DNA of 64,000 nt from Dicyema japonicum (GCA_011109175.1 RDEW01000042.1:130504-194503); one strand, 5' to 3'; numbered from the stretch's first letter, positions 40,128-53,950 are shown. The notes: generated by a model not told the origin, from the letters alone. Made by a program: numbers and translations.

Positions 40128-40939
40128 TAATGTCGGATCTCAACAAACCGGAGGTCGGAAATGATATAGTTCTGACTCATGTTGACGACATAGTAATTAC
40201 GTCACGTGATCGGGACCTGATTCAAATTCGAGATTGCAACAAAATCTGGACTGTCTAATCGAATGGATGTTGAAAAATCGCCTTTTTTACAATTGAGATA
40301 GATTGGAGTTATTATCTCCTTCCGCTTTCTTGACAAAATGGATTTACTTCCATCAGGAGCATCGGGCAAAGTTGAGGTCTCTGCTAGTGCTGGGAACACG
40401 TGAAAGCACGCCCACATCGTTGCAACGGAGAAAACTAAACGTCACACTAATCATGGAATACATGCAAAAGGCCATCGGCCATTACTTAATTAGACGATAA
40501 CTCTTGTCCACTTTCTCGTGATTCCGTGGTTAATAAAATTATATATGGAAAGTGATCATAGTGAAAAGAAAGATAAATCCATCAAAAAAAAGAAATGGGG
40601 AAAATGATAATAGAAATGGTGGTGACATAATGGGTGCTGTTAAATTTGACGACTGTCAATTTGTTTTTATTGATTTTCATTATCCTTTATACCAAGACTT
40701 TGTTGGGTGTATCACAATGCACATGGTTCGTCGGTTTAATATATGAAAATCAATGATTTCAATGAATATAAGCATTCCAATAATATGAATAAAAGCAATA
40801 TTATTGAATGATGAATCAAAATAGTATAAAACTTTGATAGATCTGATTACTTTTAATAGTGAAGACAAAATAAACAATTCACTGAAAATTAAGAAACAAC
40901 TATCACACAACAATCAATATCAGTCATGCATTATAAATT

Positions 40940-41235
40940 AATAATAATAAAGCCTTTTCACGAGAGCCATAATATTTATAGCTCCGCATAGGCACACACA
41001 ATTTATTTAAGAACAGTTAATTTTAACTAATCGTAGAACCAAGGAATGATCTTCATTTCTTTGTTCTTTTTCTTGTGTGAGTGTCCTTTCTAGACAATCC
41101 AATTCCGCAGTGAGTATCCACTGATGACGTCGTCACTCGTCAAACCCTTTCTGATCGTAGATGCGTGGAACCTTCCACCAGGTGAACAGCAGCGAAATTC
41201 GAAAACCGTAGCCGACATCTAACCATATGCCAACC
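40940..41235 (-). mobile_element. SINE family 1, near full length (small deletion in the tRNA head)
   Basis: High identity to 58543-58861; (TAA)n tail at 40940-40950. Confidence 0.85.
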
Positions 41236-41289
41236 AAGAAAAGTATTTTATAACCTTAAGAAAAGATAACCTTAATAAAAGTATTTTTT

Positions 41290-42160
41290 AGTTTATTTAT
41301 TCAACAACATAAGACCACGGTAAAACAAACTGATTATCAAATGATCCCGATGCATTTCAACACTGACCATATCTTTGTCTGGGTTCCTCCCTCATGCCCA
41401 CACACGATCTTACATGGCGACTGACTCTACGTTTCTTCTTCGCTTTTTTGATTTCATCTTTGATGCACCTAACAATTCGTCCACGTTCATCTTTTTTTAG
41501 ACTTAGCTATCCATATTAAATCAGCATATCCCAGGGTTCCACGTCAAATTAGATATTCCCCTTCTGTTAAGCAGGTTTAGAAGTCTGTCGAGATGCTTAT
41601 TCAGTTACGTCTCTATTCCATCGTTCCTCTTATTCCAACTATCCCACTTGGCGCCAAAGTTAATGTGGTGCTATTAGGCTACATGAATTGAAGATTATTT
41701 GTTTGATTCTTCTGTTCCGCCTCTCCCTTTTTGGCTCCAGCGAACTTCAATCGTTAGCTTGCGTCATGTTGTTCACCATCTATGGTGTCGCCAGATATAT
41801 TCCTAAGTTATAAACGAAAATGACTATTAGTCAACAACCATCCAGAGGAGTTCCCCTGGACGGCTCTTCCTTCAAATCCGAGTAAGTTAACAGTAACAAC
41901 TAGTTAAATATATCCAGTTTCCTCTATTACTGAAACATAGTCCTTCAACGTTACACAAGTCCATCCGGAACCAGCATAAAAAAATAAAAAAGTCCATTCC
42001 TTGCAATTGTGGAAACCCATCCTGTGAAGTGAATGAGAGCAAAGGATCTTTTTCGTGGAAGGCTTGGACTAGGCGCCACCTGAGACAGGTGGATTACACG
42101 ACGCCACTCTAGTAGGAATGGGAAGAGGAGGAATAGACAAAACAAACAGAAAACTTCAAC
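41290..42160 (-). mobile_element. LINE 3' fragments from two families
   Basis: Tail at 41290-41350 matches 27015 and 56610; 41940-42160 matches 14640-14830. Confidence 0.6.
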
Positions 42161-42359
42161 CAATTACCATTTTGCACCACATGGCAAAAATTGTTACTTT
42201 TATAATCATGAAAATCGGAAAAATAAGGTTTTCAAGCCCGAGGTAATATTCCAAGGAATTGTGCATTTAAGAATTTTTAAAACAAAAATGAAGATGCCTT
42301 CCTGAATACAAAACTGAATGCGTCTATTCAGTTTTGTGCCTTTCCGCAGTTTTTTTTAA

Positions 42360-42525
42360 TACATGGTCTTCCTCTTCCTGACTGTAACCCATGGTCAGCG
42401 GGAGAATCAAACCTACAGAATATTGTTTTAGACATGACATCCCAGCAACTAAGTTGCCTGTTCAATCAAATAAACATTAATAATAAAAACCATCTTTATT
42501 TTAAAGGGCAAGTATCTCCCATTTC
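42360..42525 (-). mobile_element. SINE family 2, copy 2
   Basis: Reverse complement matches 32595-32730; its downstream GGGTTACAGTCAGGAAGAGGAAGACCATGTATT recurs at about 46499-46531. Confidence 0.55.
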
Positions 42526-42529
42526 TCGG

Positions 42530-43472
42530 TTCCAGCGAAATTGTAGCAAATTTGAGAATTGGCAGATTTCAGAATAAAATGTTATTTAAAGTTTTAATTA
42601 ATTTAAAGTTAATTAAACTATTTAAATTAATAAATTTAATTTTAAAAAAAACAATATTTTTAACCAAGGAAACAAAAATTAATCAAATTTTATTAAAGTA
42701 ATACTCAATCCGAATTGTCTCCTATTTGAATTTTTAATATTTTCTTGTTGAAGTAATGAATTCTGCATCATTGTCATTTTCAATGATTTCTAAAAGATAA
42801 TTTTCAATCTCTCTTAATTTTAAAAGCATTTCAGCCTTGTTTAATGACTCATGTACTTCTACACTACCGGATTCTTGTTCTTCAATAACACTTAATTTCT
42901 CTTCTTCATCAATTGCCTCCTTTTCACTGTAATCAAATAAATTCTTCTATTTCATTAGGATCATAGATATCTGTTCTGGATACAATTTCATCGGATAAAT
43001 TTATGTTGGTAAGTTCTTATTCGCATTCTGTACGTTCTAGACGTTTAAAACAGTTTGAAATAAATAGTGTACCTTTAGATTCCATTGAATCCATCTAATC
43101 CAGTAGATTTTCATCAAGCTCTAGGTATTTTAATTTTTACAAGTTTTTAGTTTAGGATTTCTGTTATTGAACTGAAAGAAAAGCGATTCTGCATTTATTA
43201 ATATTGCATTGACAGTCCTTCTTGAGATTCTCTTTTTAAAATAGTAGAAAGTTTTTTGCACATCGCATGACATGAAACTGATTTATTGGTTTCTTTATAT
43301 CGCAATATTTACAATTTTTGAGCAATTGAAAGTCTGATGTAGCCTCCACCAGGAACATTCAGACCCATGCTTGCTTTAAATTATTTAAATTTTTAAAAAT
43401 ATTTAAAAAAATATAAATAATTTTTAAAAATGTTGGCAAATTTAAGAGTGGCATTTTTGAGAGTTTACTGTA
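42530..43472 (-). mobile_element. Tigger/pogo-like internally deleted DNA transposon
   Basis: End TA|CAGTAAACTCTC (43459-43472); ATG at 43368 gives RLSIAQKL.ILRY...ISRRTVNAIL...KYLELDENLL (CENP-B-like HTH), then an acidic C-terminal tail; no DDD core; second TIR not found. Confidence 0.7.
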
Positions 43473-43849
43473 TGTGACACGATAACTCAGATGTCTAGTT
43501 TTGATTAAGTGCTTAGGTGACTTGAAATAAGTATTTTATTGTTGCATTTTAAAAAAAAAGTGTTTAAATAATCAATTTAAAAAATCAAGATTTGATTGTT
43601 TTATCCACATGGGCTGTCTCCCATTGTCACCTATTTCCGGGATCTGTGGGATCTTGCATCAGTGCCCAGAAATGTTAAAAATGAAAGTTTTTGAAATTAG
43701 CATTGAAGGTCATGTCACTTGACAGGATGATATTGATCGAAATTTACAGAAACTCAAATTCTTCATATCTGGTTCACTCACTTTTTCGGAAGTGTTTTTA
43801 TTTGTTCAAAACTTTTTTTTTAAATTAAAATCCGTCCATTTATCGGCGA

Positions 43850-45230
43850 GTTATAGTGCCACATAAATAAATACAACAATGAGCTTTAATAAGTTTATAG
43901 ATTTAGAAGTATCAACGACAAAACAAAGGAGAGTAGAGGCCGTCAGCTGATCCTGACCTCCTTGAGCAGTCGCCTTATTTTTTTCGGTGTTCATCCCAAT
44001 GCCGAAGTACTTCCGGTGAGGACGAGTGACTTTTTGGATGTTTTGCAGAGCTCCCGTATTCCTCACGAGTTCCTCGAACTGGGTTGGTTTTAGGAACCAT
44101 CTCTTGTATTATCCAAGTAGCGTTTTTACAAAGTTTAATTTTCGCTAAGAAGAGGAGATTATGTTGCTCACATATTTGCTGAAGGTAATTAGTAGGTTAT
44201 ATGTGACCCCCAGTATTTTGGTTGAATTTGTGGAGGGGATTGTTACCCTATTCAGGGTCAATGAAGTCGCTGAGTTAGTCAATTTTCTATTGGAAGTAAA
44301 GATCGTAGAGCACTACGATCTTTCATGATTTGTGAGTTGGTTCCTCGTAAGCCAACAGTTCAGGTCATCCAGTGAATCTTGTAAGCGGGTATCCGCTGTG
44401 TGGATGCTCTAGTCTCTTGTTCCCAAGATTAAGTCGTAGGCCGTAAACAAGGAATCGGGTATCGTCGTAACCGTAAAAAGGCCTGTCGCTCATGAATAGG
44501 TCGAAGAATGGGAAAGGTGATCCTTGCAGGACCCCGTTCAGCAGAAATTTAGTGACTGATGATGTGGAATGGGAAATTACTCTTTTTCTAACGTCCATGA
44601 GGAAATTAGCGAGCCAAATTTTCAGGTTGTTTGGAATGTTAAAGCCATAAATCTTCCTAGTGAGGAGTTACATCGGTATCGAGTCAAAAGCTTTCTGCAT
44701 GTCAATGGAACACATAATGGTCTTTTGATGCCGAGGTGTGCGTTGAAGGCCTTCCTTGATGAATTTTGTCAAGCAAGCAAGATGGGTAGTTGTGAAACGA
44801 GCCTTCTTGAAGCCATGTTGGAAGGATACGTCTGTGAGGTAAGGTTTAATCCGATCGAGAACGAGTTTTTCTAGGATTTTGGAGGTCGCACACAGGAGGG
44901 ATATTGGTCTCTACGGAGCTGGTGAGTCCTCGGCAGTCTGAGTTTTAAGATAGGTCGAATATGGGATAATTTCCATAGAGTAGTTATCAGGTTCCTACTG
45001 ATGAAGAGGTTGTAAATTCAGTCGAGGCCAAGATGGTATAGGGCCTATCTTCTTGAGTACAATAGAGGGAATTCCATCTGGACCACTTGCGTCAGACGAT
45101 TTATGTTTTTGAATAGCCTTCCGCACAACGTCCATTGAAAGGTTGTTTAAAGTTGCGTCCCGTATTGGTTTTATTGAAAATGTGGAAGGATTCTTCAATT
45201 TCTGGTGTGGAACAAACAAAATAATCAGAA
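43850..45230 (-). mobile_element. Degenerate LINE RT region
   Basis: KSSDASGPDGIP, YRPISLLC, QHGFKK, GVLQGSPF, YGYDD. Confidence 0.75.
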
Positions 45231-45989
45231 AACTTTAACGAATTAGCCACGTAGCACCACATGGGCCACACGGCGGTTAATTAAATTAATTGACTGTCTC
45301 TTGGAGGGAGTTTAACTTTATTAGGTTAATGTGGGACATAAGGTTATTCCAGTCTCTTTCCTGTTTCATCTTAGCATAAACCTCATATTAAAAAAAATTA
45401 AAAAAAATATATTTTAGTTATATTAATTGGAATAAAATATAAATTTTCTAATAAAAAATTCCGGAGGGAGTAATGGAGGATATCTGATCAAACATCAGGA
45501 GAAAACCCGACACAACCGAGCCTGTGTGGGATCGAGAGAAGAGCATCGGGCCAAGCTGAGAGTTTTTATTAAATTTGTTGGGATCACTTAGTTTATTTTT
45601 TGTTGCAACGGTGGTCTTGGAATAAAGATTTGATTATTTATTCACGTGGGTCGTAGTAATAATTACCAAAAATGTCAGTTAATGACTCAATTCAATTTAG
45701 AATTATCAGTAAATTCATCCCAGCTATCAACTGAGTGATTATACAATAAACCAGAATTACGTCATTTTTGAGGACGACATTTCAGTCCAGATTTCAGCGA
45801 AAGAAGATGGAATACCCAACGTCTCGTCATTCATGAGCACAAGATCTCCCACATTCTTATCTTTCGGTTGGTGACGTCCTTCTTCAAACTGTACTTTGTT
45901 GATTTAATTAAGAAATTAAACCACAAGAAGACTTTCTATCGACCCCTTCATAAAATCCATAAGAAATTGACCCTGTTAACCCATCCTAG

Positions 45990-46202
<213 letters not shown>

Positions 46203-46719
46203 TAATTTTCGACTTTGAGCCATACAGACTCTTAAGCGAATGCATGGATCAAAATAATAGTTAGATGTTGGAGATATTGTATTTTTAATCACTTAAAGGT
46301 TAGCATTCAAAAAGATTATGTGACGAATCCTTCTCTTTGATTAAAAAAATTTGAACTCCAGTATTATCGATAATTGTCGAAGATACTGTTGGGTCTATTA
46401 AGATAGTTCATTCGCAACGAATAAAAAATTCATAACGACTGAAAATAATAGTTAATCATCACTTTTGTTATTAGAATTTATCTGATATAACGTTGTATGG
46501 GTTACAGTCAGGAAGAGGAAGACCATGTATTCTTTGACCCATAAACACTCACATGCCATTTTACTCCCACGGTCATATTGGGATGACACATCTTTTTCCT
46601 AATAATTCGACTTTTGTGCGACCATAAAATACTTTAATATAATATCCCCCTTTTCAATCAATGATTTGATAATAATGACAGCCCTCCCGTCAAGATAGTA
46701 ATTTTTCCATTAACTCAGT

Positions 46720-46940
46720 TTAGGCAAAACTCACACTTTATTTAAGAACAGTCATACTGATTAATCCAAGGCATTGAAAGTGTTCTTGACTTTTCGTTCT
46801 TTTTTTGATTTTGTGGGAGTCCCAAAAGACAATCCAGTTCTCAGTGATGAAACACTGATGGTGCATCACTCGTCAACCCAAAAGCGTCATAAATGCGTGG
46901 AACATTCAACCAAATGAACACCGGTGAGATTCTAACCCAA
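46720..46940 (-). mobile_element. Old diverged copy of SINE family 1
   Basis: Collinear similarity to 58590-58810 (CACACTTTATTTAAGAACAGT, GACAATCCAGTT, CACTCGTCAA, ATGCGTGGAAC). Confidence 0.7.
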
Positions 46941-48075
46941 AACCTCCTGGATTTTAGTCCTGGAACCAAACTATCAATTTCTAGTGTCCTTACTTTGAAA
47001 AAAAATTTTTTGAACTATGATTACGTGGAATGTATTAGTGGTTATCATTAGTCCCCTTCATTTTAACGCTATTTAACATTCTAAAAAATCATTTAGACGA
47101 ATTTTCAGTGACCTCAATTTAGTTCACAATTTTCTGCTTGCTCCTGTTAGCTTTTGCAGAGGAATTTATCTCTGTCAGTCAATTTGAGTTCTACACTGTG
47201 CTAACAGAATATTGGGAGTAATCGATAATATTATCTTTGTATTTTTGACCAAACATATTTAACCCTCAATAGGAAATCAATTTATTACAGGTACTTCACA
47301 TAAATCTTCTGAGCAGTAAACTTCTTGGGGGTACATTTTCTCTGTAAAGGTATGATCAGAGTTTTATTCGCCATAGAGAAGCTGAGCTAAAGAAAAAAAT
47401 ATATAGGACTCCTTGACCTATGTACCTTTTATGCGATTGCTGTCGAGACAACCAGAAGGATAAGCAACCCTGATCTTTTTTAAGAAACTCGTACGTATTG
47501 CCTCGCTCAAAGCCATGATGACTGCGAAGGCAATGGCTATAGTTAGTCTTAAATTGTCCTGAGAAGAATGCTGCATCAATAAAGTAGGTGAAAATAAAGC
47601 ATAAATTCGAAAATAAGGTCAGTGATATTATATGATATTTAAACGTTTATCAATTGAACTCAAGTCTTCACTCATTGGTCCTACCAAGATTCATACATTG
47701 AACACAGAATACATGGAGTTTCTTCACAAAATTATGTAGACATTTGGTGCAATCATTACCTATACTTTCTGACTAATCAACCACTTGGTTAACTCACCAA
47801 CCAGTCATCTTTATAGGTATCGAATCAATTTGCTCTTATTCTTTCTCATAAATGCGACATACATTTAAAATTTCTCTTAGTTTATATATCACAAGTTTTT
47901 GGAAAGAAAATCTTGTAGTCCTCAGAAGCCAAACTTCACAAAATACTCTTAGTTACGACTTCCTAGTGTTCTAAGGCCTATTGATGTTAATCAAACGATG
48001 TGAGCGGTTAACATTCTTATCATTCCTTAGCATATATAATAGCATATATTATGTCATTCTATTAGTTCCGACAAA

Positions 48076-49279
48076 ATGAGCCTTAAGTTAATAGTGGAAG
48101 ATTCAATAGGAACTTTGGAATCCAATAAGTGTCTAGATCCGGCGACAGAGGCTAAGAAACTGAACAATGCCATGAAGGGTTGTGGTAGTCATCAAAGTGA
48201 GAGTTAGGTACTGATGAGGAAGGCATCATTGATTTTATGAAGTTGACATCTGCTCAGAAAGTAATAGTCTCGAAAGAGTATAAAAAAATGTTTAACAAAG
48301 TATGTCTTAGTTTTAAGCCCAGGAATTGAGGGCTCACATTCACAGTGAGCTAAGTGGAGATTTCCGGGATCTCGCGGACTCTTTAATGAAGTCCAGATGT
48401 GAGCGTGCTTATGATGCAATTATCTCCGCCACCAAAGTTGGGCTGATGTGACCTATATTTAGAATTTAGGCACGAATGAGCTTTTACTAGCTACAGTTTT
48501 GATTAGCAGAACTAATAATGAAATGAAAAAGATCGTCGAAATGTACAATGAAAGTAGATTCAATGAAAATTTGGTAGAACACAAGAAATCTTTGGTGGAT
48601 CTTATAAAAAGAGAGACAAGTGGATTCCTACAAACTTTCCTTGTCCACTTGATTGAGGTTTTTATAATTTCTATGTGATTAGAACGGAAGGAAAGAACTA
48701 ACCGGTGAGCAATATGAGCAATATGTTTACACAAATATGATTGACTGTTTACTCGACCTTGATTTGGCGACTCAACAAGCAAAGAAAATGTCCGACCTAT
48801 TTTCTTCTAATAAAGAATTTGTGGACACAGAGATCTTACTCAGAATTTTTGGTGAAAATAGATTCCAACTGAGCTTATTCCTCCAAGAATTTTTACGTGT
48901 ATGACTTTTGATTCATCTAAAAGATCACCGGTAAGAATTTTATTGACGAAGGAAATCATCTGTTTGATGAAGACGGCCAATTAGCGAAAAATTTGCCTGG
49001 TATTGGTTTTCTTGCTAATCTAAGCAATGTGGGCCATCTATCCTTCTGGGTTTTTTAGTCATATCCTGCAAAAAGCGTGTAAAGGATATGGAACTAATGA
49101 AAATCTGATAAACTTCATACTACCGATACCTCTGAGGTTTTAATAATTCTGTATTTTAGTTCAATCTGTTAAACATAATGAATAAATTTAAAAAAGATAC
49201 GAAAAGAGATCTGATAGATCTCCTAAGAAGCGAAACATCTGGTGACTACTTCAAGCTGATAGAAAAAATACTAACTTAA
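48076..49279 (+). CDS. Annexin (four repeats), at least 9 exons, one 1-nt frameshift
   Basis: GTLESNKCLDPATEAKKLNNAMKGCGTDEE...SELSGDF; NLGTNELLLATVLISRTNNEM...RETSGF; KGYGTNE...RSETSGDYFKL. Introns 48185-207, 48300-22, 48437-62, 48554-77, 48658-82, 48899-923, 49000-24, 49137-59. One base is missing between about 49100 and 49125. Subfamily not assignable. Confidence 0.9.
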
Positions 49280-49899
49280 ACTAATTTAATTCTCATTCTC
49301 TAATCTGTTTTGTTCGCTTGGTTAACACTTTTTTGGGTTTTTTCTAATAAAAATAGGTTTTACTAAAAAATAGATATTTCGAGCATTAATCCACCTCAAG
49401 ACAGATATGGGCAGTTAGCATTTTCGATACCAAACCTGTCCATTAAGAATCTGGAGAAGATTAATGTCTTTCAAGCAACAGTCACTAATGCTCTCCTCGC
49501 CGTTAAGACCAACTCCTTTAGAGGAATTCGTTTGAGAACGTGAGCTTTACTGACATCTCCGAAATTCCCAAAAATACATGCTGGAAGTGAGTGGGTTATC
49601 GGAAAAAACAAAGCGAAAATTAGGCGGCTTCTAAGAAAGCCAGTATCACGTGACGGCCACGTATTATATTTAATTTTTCGATGATTCTTGGTTTGAATAA
49701 ATAAGGACAAGAGGATACATCTATCTTGAAGTGATAATACCCCCTATACTTCAGTACTTAAAAAGGTTGGACGTCTTCGCTTTCGCCTGTTTTTTGATTG
49801 ACAGATAATTTACCAGGCATATTTCTAATGATTGTGTGACTGATGCAATTATCCTAATCGGTGGGGAGGACTCAGTAATTATTAAAAAACTGTTAGAAA

Positions 49900-50330
49900 A
49901 ATTTAACTAGGTTAAGAATCTTCCTGTACCACATTCGGATAATAAACTTCTTGAAGGCTCCCTTGTTCCTGTACCCTTTTTCGCATTTAGATCTTTAGTA
50001 TACCATTGATTTTTGATAAGTCAGAGATAAGGACAACCTGAAAGGTTATTATTGGCATTCATTGATATTTAAAAGATTCCTTCGTGGAATACACATCCAT
50101 TGCATAATTCCCAGTAGTTGTAGGTTCAAGGCGTAGCATGTGTCCGAAAAGTTTCAATCGATCTTCGATAACTGTTTGAGACAGTTTCAGGATATTATAA
50201 TGTGAATATATTCGTCGGATGGGGAGTTTTTGTGTCCATTGATCACCAATGACGTATTTGCAGATTCTTCGTAAATTCTGTTAGTATCAATGATAGTGGG
50301 TTCAGAAGGAAGCTTATTGTATTATCAATG
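49900..50330 (-). mobile_element. RTE-clade LINE C-terminal fragment
   Basis: LSQTVIEDRLKLFGHMLR resembles the RTE R-R-L-x-W/F-F-G-H-x-x-R motif. Confidence 0.55.
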
Positions 50331-50929
50331 GTAATTGGTCCATGTGCTCTACTATTCAATGGGATTATTTTGGCTGTTTATTTAATGTCTCTATATATAT
50401 ATAATATATAGCTTCAACATCACAAAAATACAAAAGTAAAAATGCCCAATAATAAGTAAAACATAGGGCTTCCCGAACATTATCGTCACTTTCAAGACGA
50501 ATAGCCTCAATAATTTATTTCCAATTGCACTCCGATGTCGTCTAGACGACTGGAGTTTTTGGGCATATGATGGACTCATTCTTGAGATTGATAGGGTCGA
50601 AAACTTTCATAGTTACCGGTGATCAAAGGGAATTGAATGGCTGTTCCAAAGGAATTCCAAAGACCAAGGGTAACCAAACTAACTAACTCCTTGATCCTGA
50701 CTCGTTCCAGCGTTTCAGACTTGTCTTCAGGTAACTTAGATCATCTTGATGCCGGCCAGGCATTGGGTGTCTCCTAAGTATGGTGGATCCAATGACGCCA
50801 TCGGAGGGAAGGAAAATGATCTTTGAGCAACTAGTCACATATCACCATATGGCGCCACGCGGCCATTAAACTTCAGCTGTCAATGAAAACAACTATTCCA
50901 TTCTTTCTGCTGAAGTTATTAATTTAAGT

Positions 50930-51237
50930 AATTAATTTATTAACGCCGGATACCTTGAAAAAAAAGTTAAATCAAACAACTTATTAAGTGTATCCAGTTT
51001 CCACTTCCACAGAAACAGATGTGACCTGTCTAGGTGACGCCCAGTACCAGGCCGGTACGAAAAAGGATCATTTGCTCTTCCCCACTCCACTGGAGGGGTT
51101 TCCACAACTGCATGTAATGGACGTCTTACCTTTTATGCTGATGGACTCTGTTTCTGTAGAAGTGGAAACTTGATACACTTAATTAGTTGGTTACTTTAAC
51201 TTCTTTCTCGGTGTATCCGGGGTTAATAATAAATAAA
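50930..51237. repeat. Head-to-head pair of the same LINE 3' end forming an imperfect inverted repeat of about 90 bp
   Basis: Left TTAAGTGTATCCAGTTTCCACTTCCACAGAAACAGA versus right TCTGTTTCTGTAGAAGTGGAAACTTGATACACTTAA (2 mismatches); weaker identity extends to both tails. Confidence 0.75.
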
Positions 51238-51239
51238 TT

Positions 51240-51800
51240 TAATTATATAAGTGACATTTTAATATGGTTAACCATCATTAATTTATACAGGTTGTAGTCG
51301 CCTTTTCGTTGTCATCTGTCATATATTTGTTTATATTTATTTCTTCATTATTGAAAGTGCTAAATTTAAAAAATTTTATTAAACAAGACTTTGATTCGTC
51401 AATTAATATGTTGTTTTTAATGATGAAGAAATTATGAATTAATTTATTTTAATCGCTACATTATTCAATTTCACAGTTTTGGGCATATACGAGTTTTCTG
51501 AATTCTGACATTAATATTTCCTTTCCAAACCTTATTGCTCGTAGAACTGGAAGTTTTGTGTTATTTTGTTGAGGACGAATCCTCGAAGCATAAGTGTCAG
51601 AAACATGTTGGACAAATTCGACGTCCGTTCGACCTGGGTTTTCTGTATTTAATTCACACAAGTCCACAAAATCTGATGAATTTATATGATTCTCAGCAAC
51701 AACAACAGCAATCCAATTAAAATTGATGAATTTATCCATTATAGTGAACTGAGTTCTAATTTTGTTAACCTCTGACTCCATAATTTACTTTCTACTCAGA
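51240..51800 (-). mobile_element. Unassigned repeat: coding remnant plus AT-rich tail shared with 20006-20260 and 55245-55440
   Basis: Shared core CATAATTAAAAGCAACATA...GATGAATCAAAG...CACTTTCAATAATGAAGAAATA; ORF 51461-51781 weakly resembles a piggyBac C-terminus. Confidence 0.45.
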
Positions 51801-51859
51801 TTATTTTCAAAAATATTGATTTATCACTACAATAGGATGGTCACAAGTAGAACGTGGAA

Positions 51860-52250
51860 TATTTATTTAACAACCCAAGACACGGTAGAACCAAACTAAT
51901 TATTACGTGATCCCAATTCATTCCAACACCGACTTCATTTTTGCCAAGTGTTCTTCCTTCGTGCCCCCGCATGAACTTACAGGATGACTGATTGATTTTT
52001 CAAGGCCACATTCCCGTGATCTGGAGTCTATTCTCATGTAGGCCTTCAGAGGCGCGTCGGTCAGGTACGGTGATCTACACAAATCCAACGCTTCGTTACT
52101 CTAAAAGCCCTCTTTTGCATTTCATTGATTTTCCTTAAATTTTTCCAAGATATGGACGGTCTCCACGAGGCGAATTCATATTAGAAACATGGCTCAATGT
52201 ACTCTCAATACAGCAGAGCACTGTTTTTAAGTGCATCGGCTTGTTTGAAA
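51860..52250 (-). mobile_element. Jockey-like LINE 3' fragment with tail
   Basis: Near-collinear with 27020-27330. Confidence 0.75.
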
Positions 52251-52299
52251 ATCCTAATCGAATAAAGTCGTTATATCAACAGATAAAAGAAGGATAGTG

Positions 52300-52870
52300 T
52301 GAAAATTACAAATATTTATAATTTTTTATGATTAAATAATTTTTCTTTTTAGTTATATAAAATAAATTTAAAAACTAACAACTACTGGCTACTATCAAAA
52401 GTTAAAGCCCATTCTTTTGACGATCTGTAAAGAAATGTGCTCTATGACCTATCTTTTTTCCTTTTTACGATAATGGATCTGATACGGTGTGAGCAGAATA
52501 AGTGATCTACTTCATATGAGTCCTGATGTTTCCACGGTGACTGGTTCAAAGATTAACTGTCTACCGGAGATATTCATATTTCTTCTTTAGCTTCTCAGTC
52601 TTTTTCTTAGCAGAGTCTGGGTTAGTGGAGTCATTGCAAGGTTTGAGGGAGAGGCTATCCACACGGGTGGTGTCATCTACCATTTTCCAATGGGAAGAGT
52701 TATTCCGTCATGTATTTTATTGGCTAAGGCTGTCCGAGAGGTTACAATTGGACAGAGAATTGGACCGCTTTTACTTCCTGCGCGATTACTCCGTTGGTTG
52801 CACTGTTTCTTTGACTCCTTCCAGCACTCCTCCGGCATGAGAGAGCGTGAAGACCTTTCGCGTTGACTAT
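52300..52870 (-). mobile_element. CRE 3' fragment
   Basis: Homologous to 7380-7730. Confidence 0.7.
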
Positions 52871-53329
52871 TTCTCCACATCTACAGCGATAGATTAAGCA
52901 AACCCCAAATACATTGTGTTGTCATCCAATAGTCTCCAAAGTGAGATGCATGTTAATGCTCTGAACAAAAATAAAACAAAAAATCATACATCAGCCGCCC
53001 TTATTGCGTGGCAATTTCCTCTTGGATGGCGAGCTCAAATAATCAGTTTTACTCACGGAGATTTCCTGTTCATGTAGTTTATCCAAAATGATGGTTTTGG
53101 ACAACGAAAAACGATTTATAAAGACATTCGAATAGTTGTGTCTTTGTCCAGTCAAATTTGTATTTATTTTTTCTTAGGTGTTAACAACTCCCAGATAGAT
53201 CCAGTTCACGACGTTCTTACTTGCTTTCGTCATCATGGGCCCAAGTGATTTTGAAAACAAGGTCGTCTTGGAGTCGAAGACTTCGCTCGTCTCGACAACT
53301 ACAGGATGTACATGAATTTGTTGAGAGGC

Positions 53330-53950
53330 TGATTTATTTTCTTATTTAAAATTTTTGAAAGTACGATCTGGCCTCCCCAGCTTTTATCGCGCGGAGGCCT
53401 GGAAGTCTCGAGTTGGAAAAAAATATCGATGCAGGCCCATAACACATCAAACATTCCCCAAAGTTACCCCAGTCGAGAACTTTCCATCTCAAAGATTAAA
53501 ACTTGCTAGTTTCAGAGATGACTGGATTCCTGGTGCTTCAAGATATCGCTTCATAACCCCGTTGATGGCGGCATTCATCGTGAACAGACCACTGCTGAGA
53601 TGGCAAGAAAGCAGGTAAAGCCCTTTGCAATCCAAACAGATCCACAACGGCATGGATGAGGCTGGCACAGGCCGATCCCAAGAAAATGGATATCTCATTT
53701 CGGAGGACTTCCTATTACAGAAGAGAACCAATTGAAGATGATGAAAACGCGTCTAGTCTAGCACCGCACTGGAGGGAAGCAACTGACAGAATACCAGCCC
53801 GACGGTGCAAGTTGTTTGTTTCAAAAACGTTCGATTAAATAGTCTTGTAAGAAATGTTGGTCCACTTCTTCTATCTGCGTGGATTAAGTGGGGCTTCTTC
53901 AAAAGCTACCTACCAACTCCAGTCTATCAGCAATTTTGTCGTCCAGAGCG
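53330..53950 (-). mobile_element. CRE C-terminal fragment
   Basis: LDCKGLYLLSC...AINGVMKRYLEAPGIQS, matching the CRE zinc-finger/RLE region. Confidence 0.65.

Noticed and set aside
46950-48050. Additional host gene between the SINE and annexin
   Set aside because: Several partial frames on both strands, but no consistent exon chain or recognisable motif.
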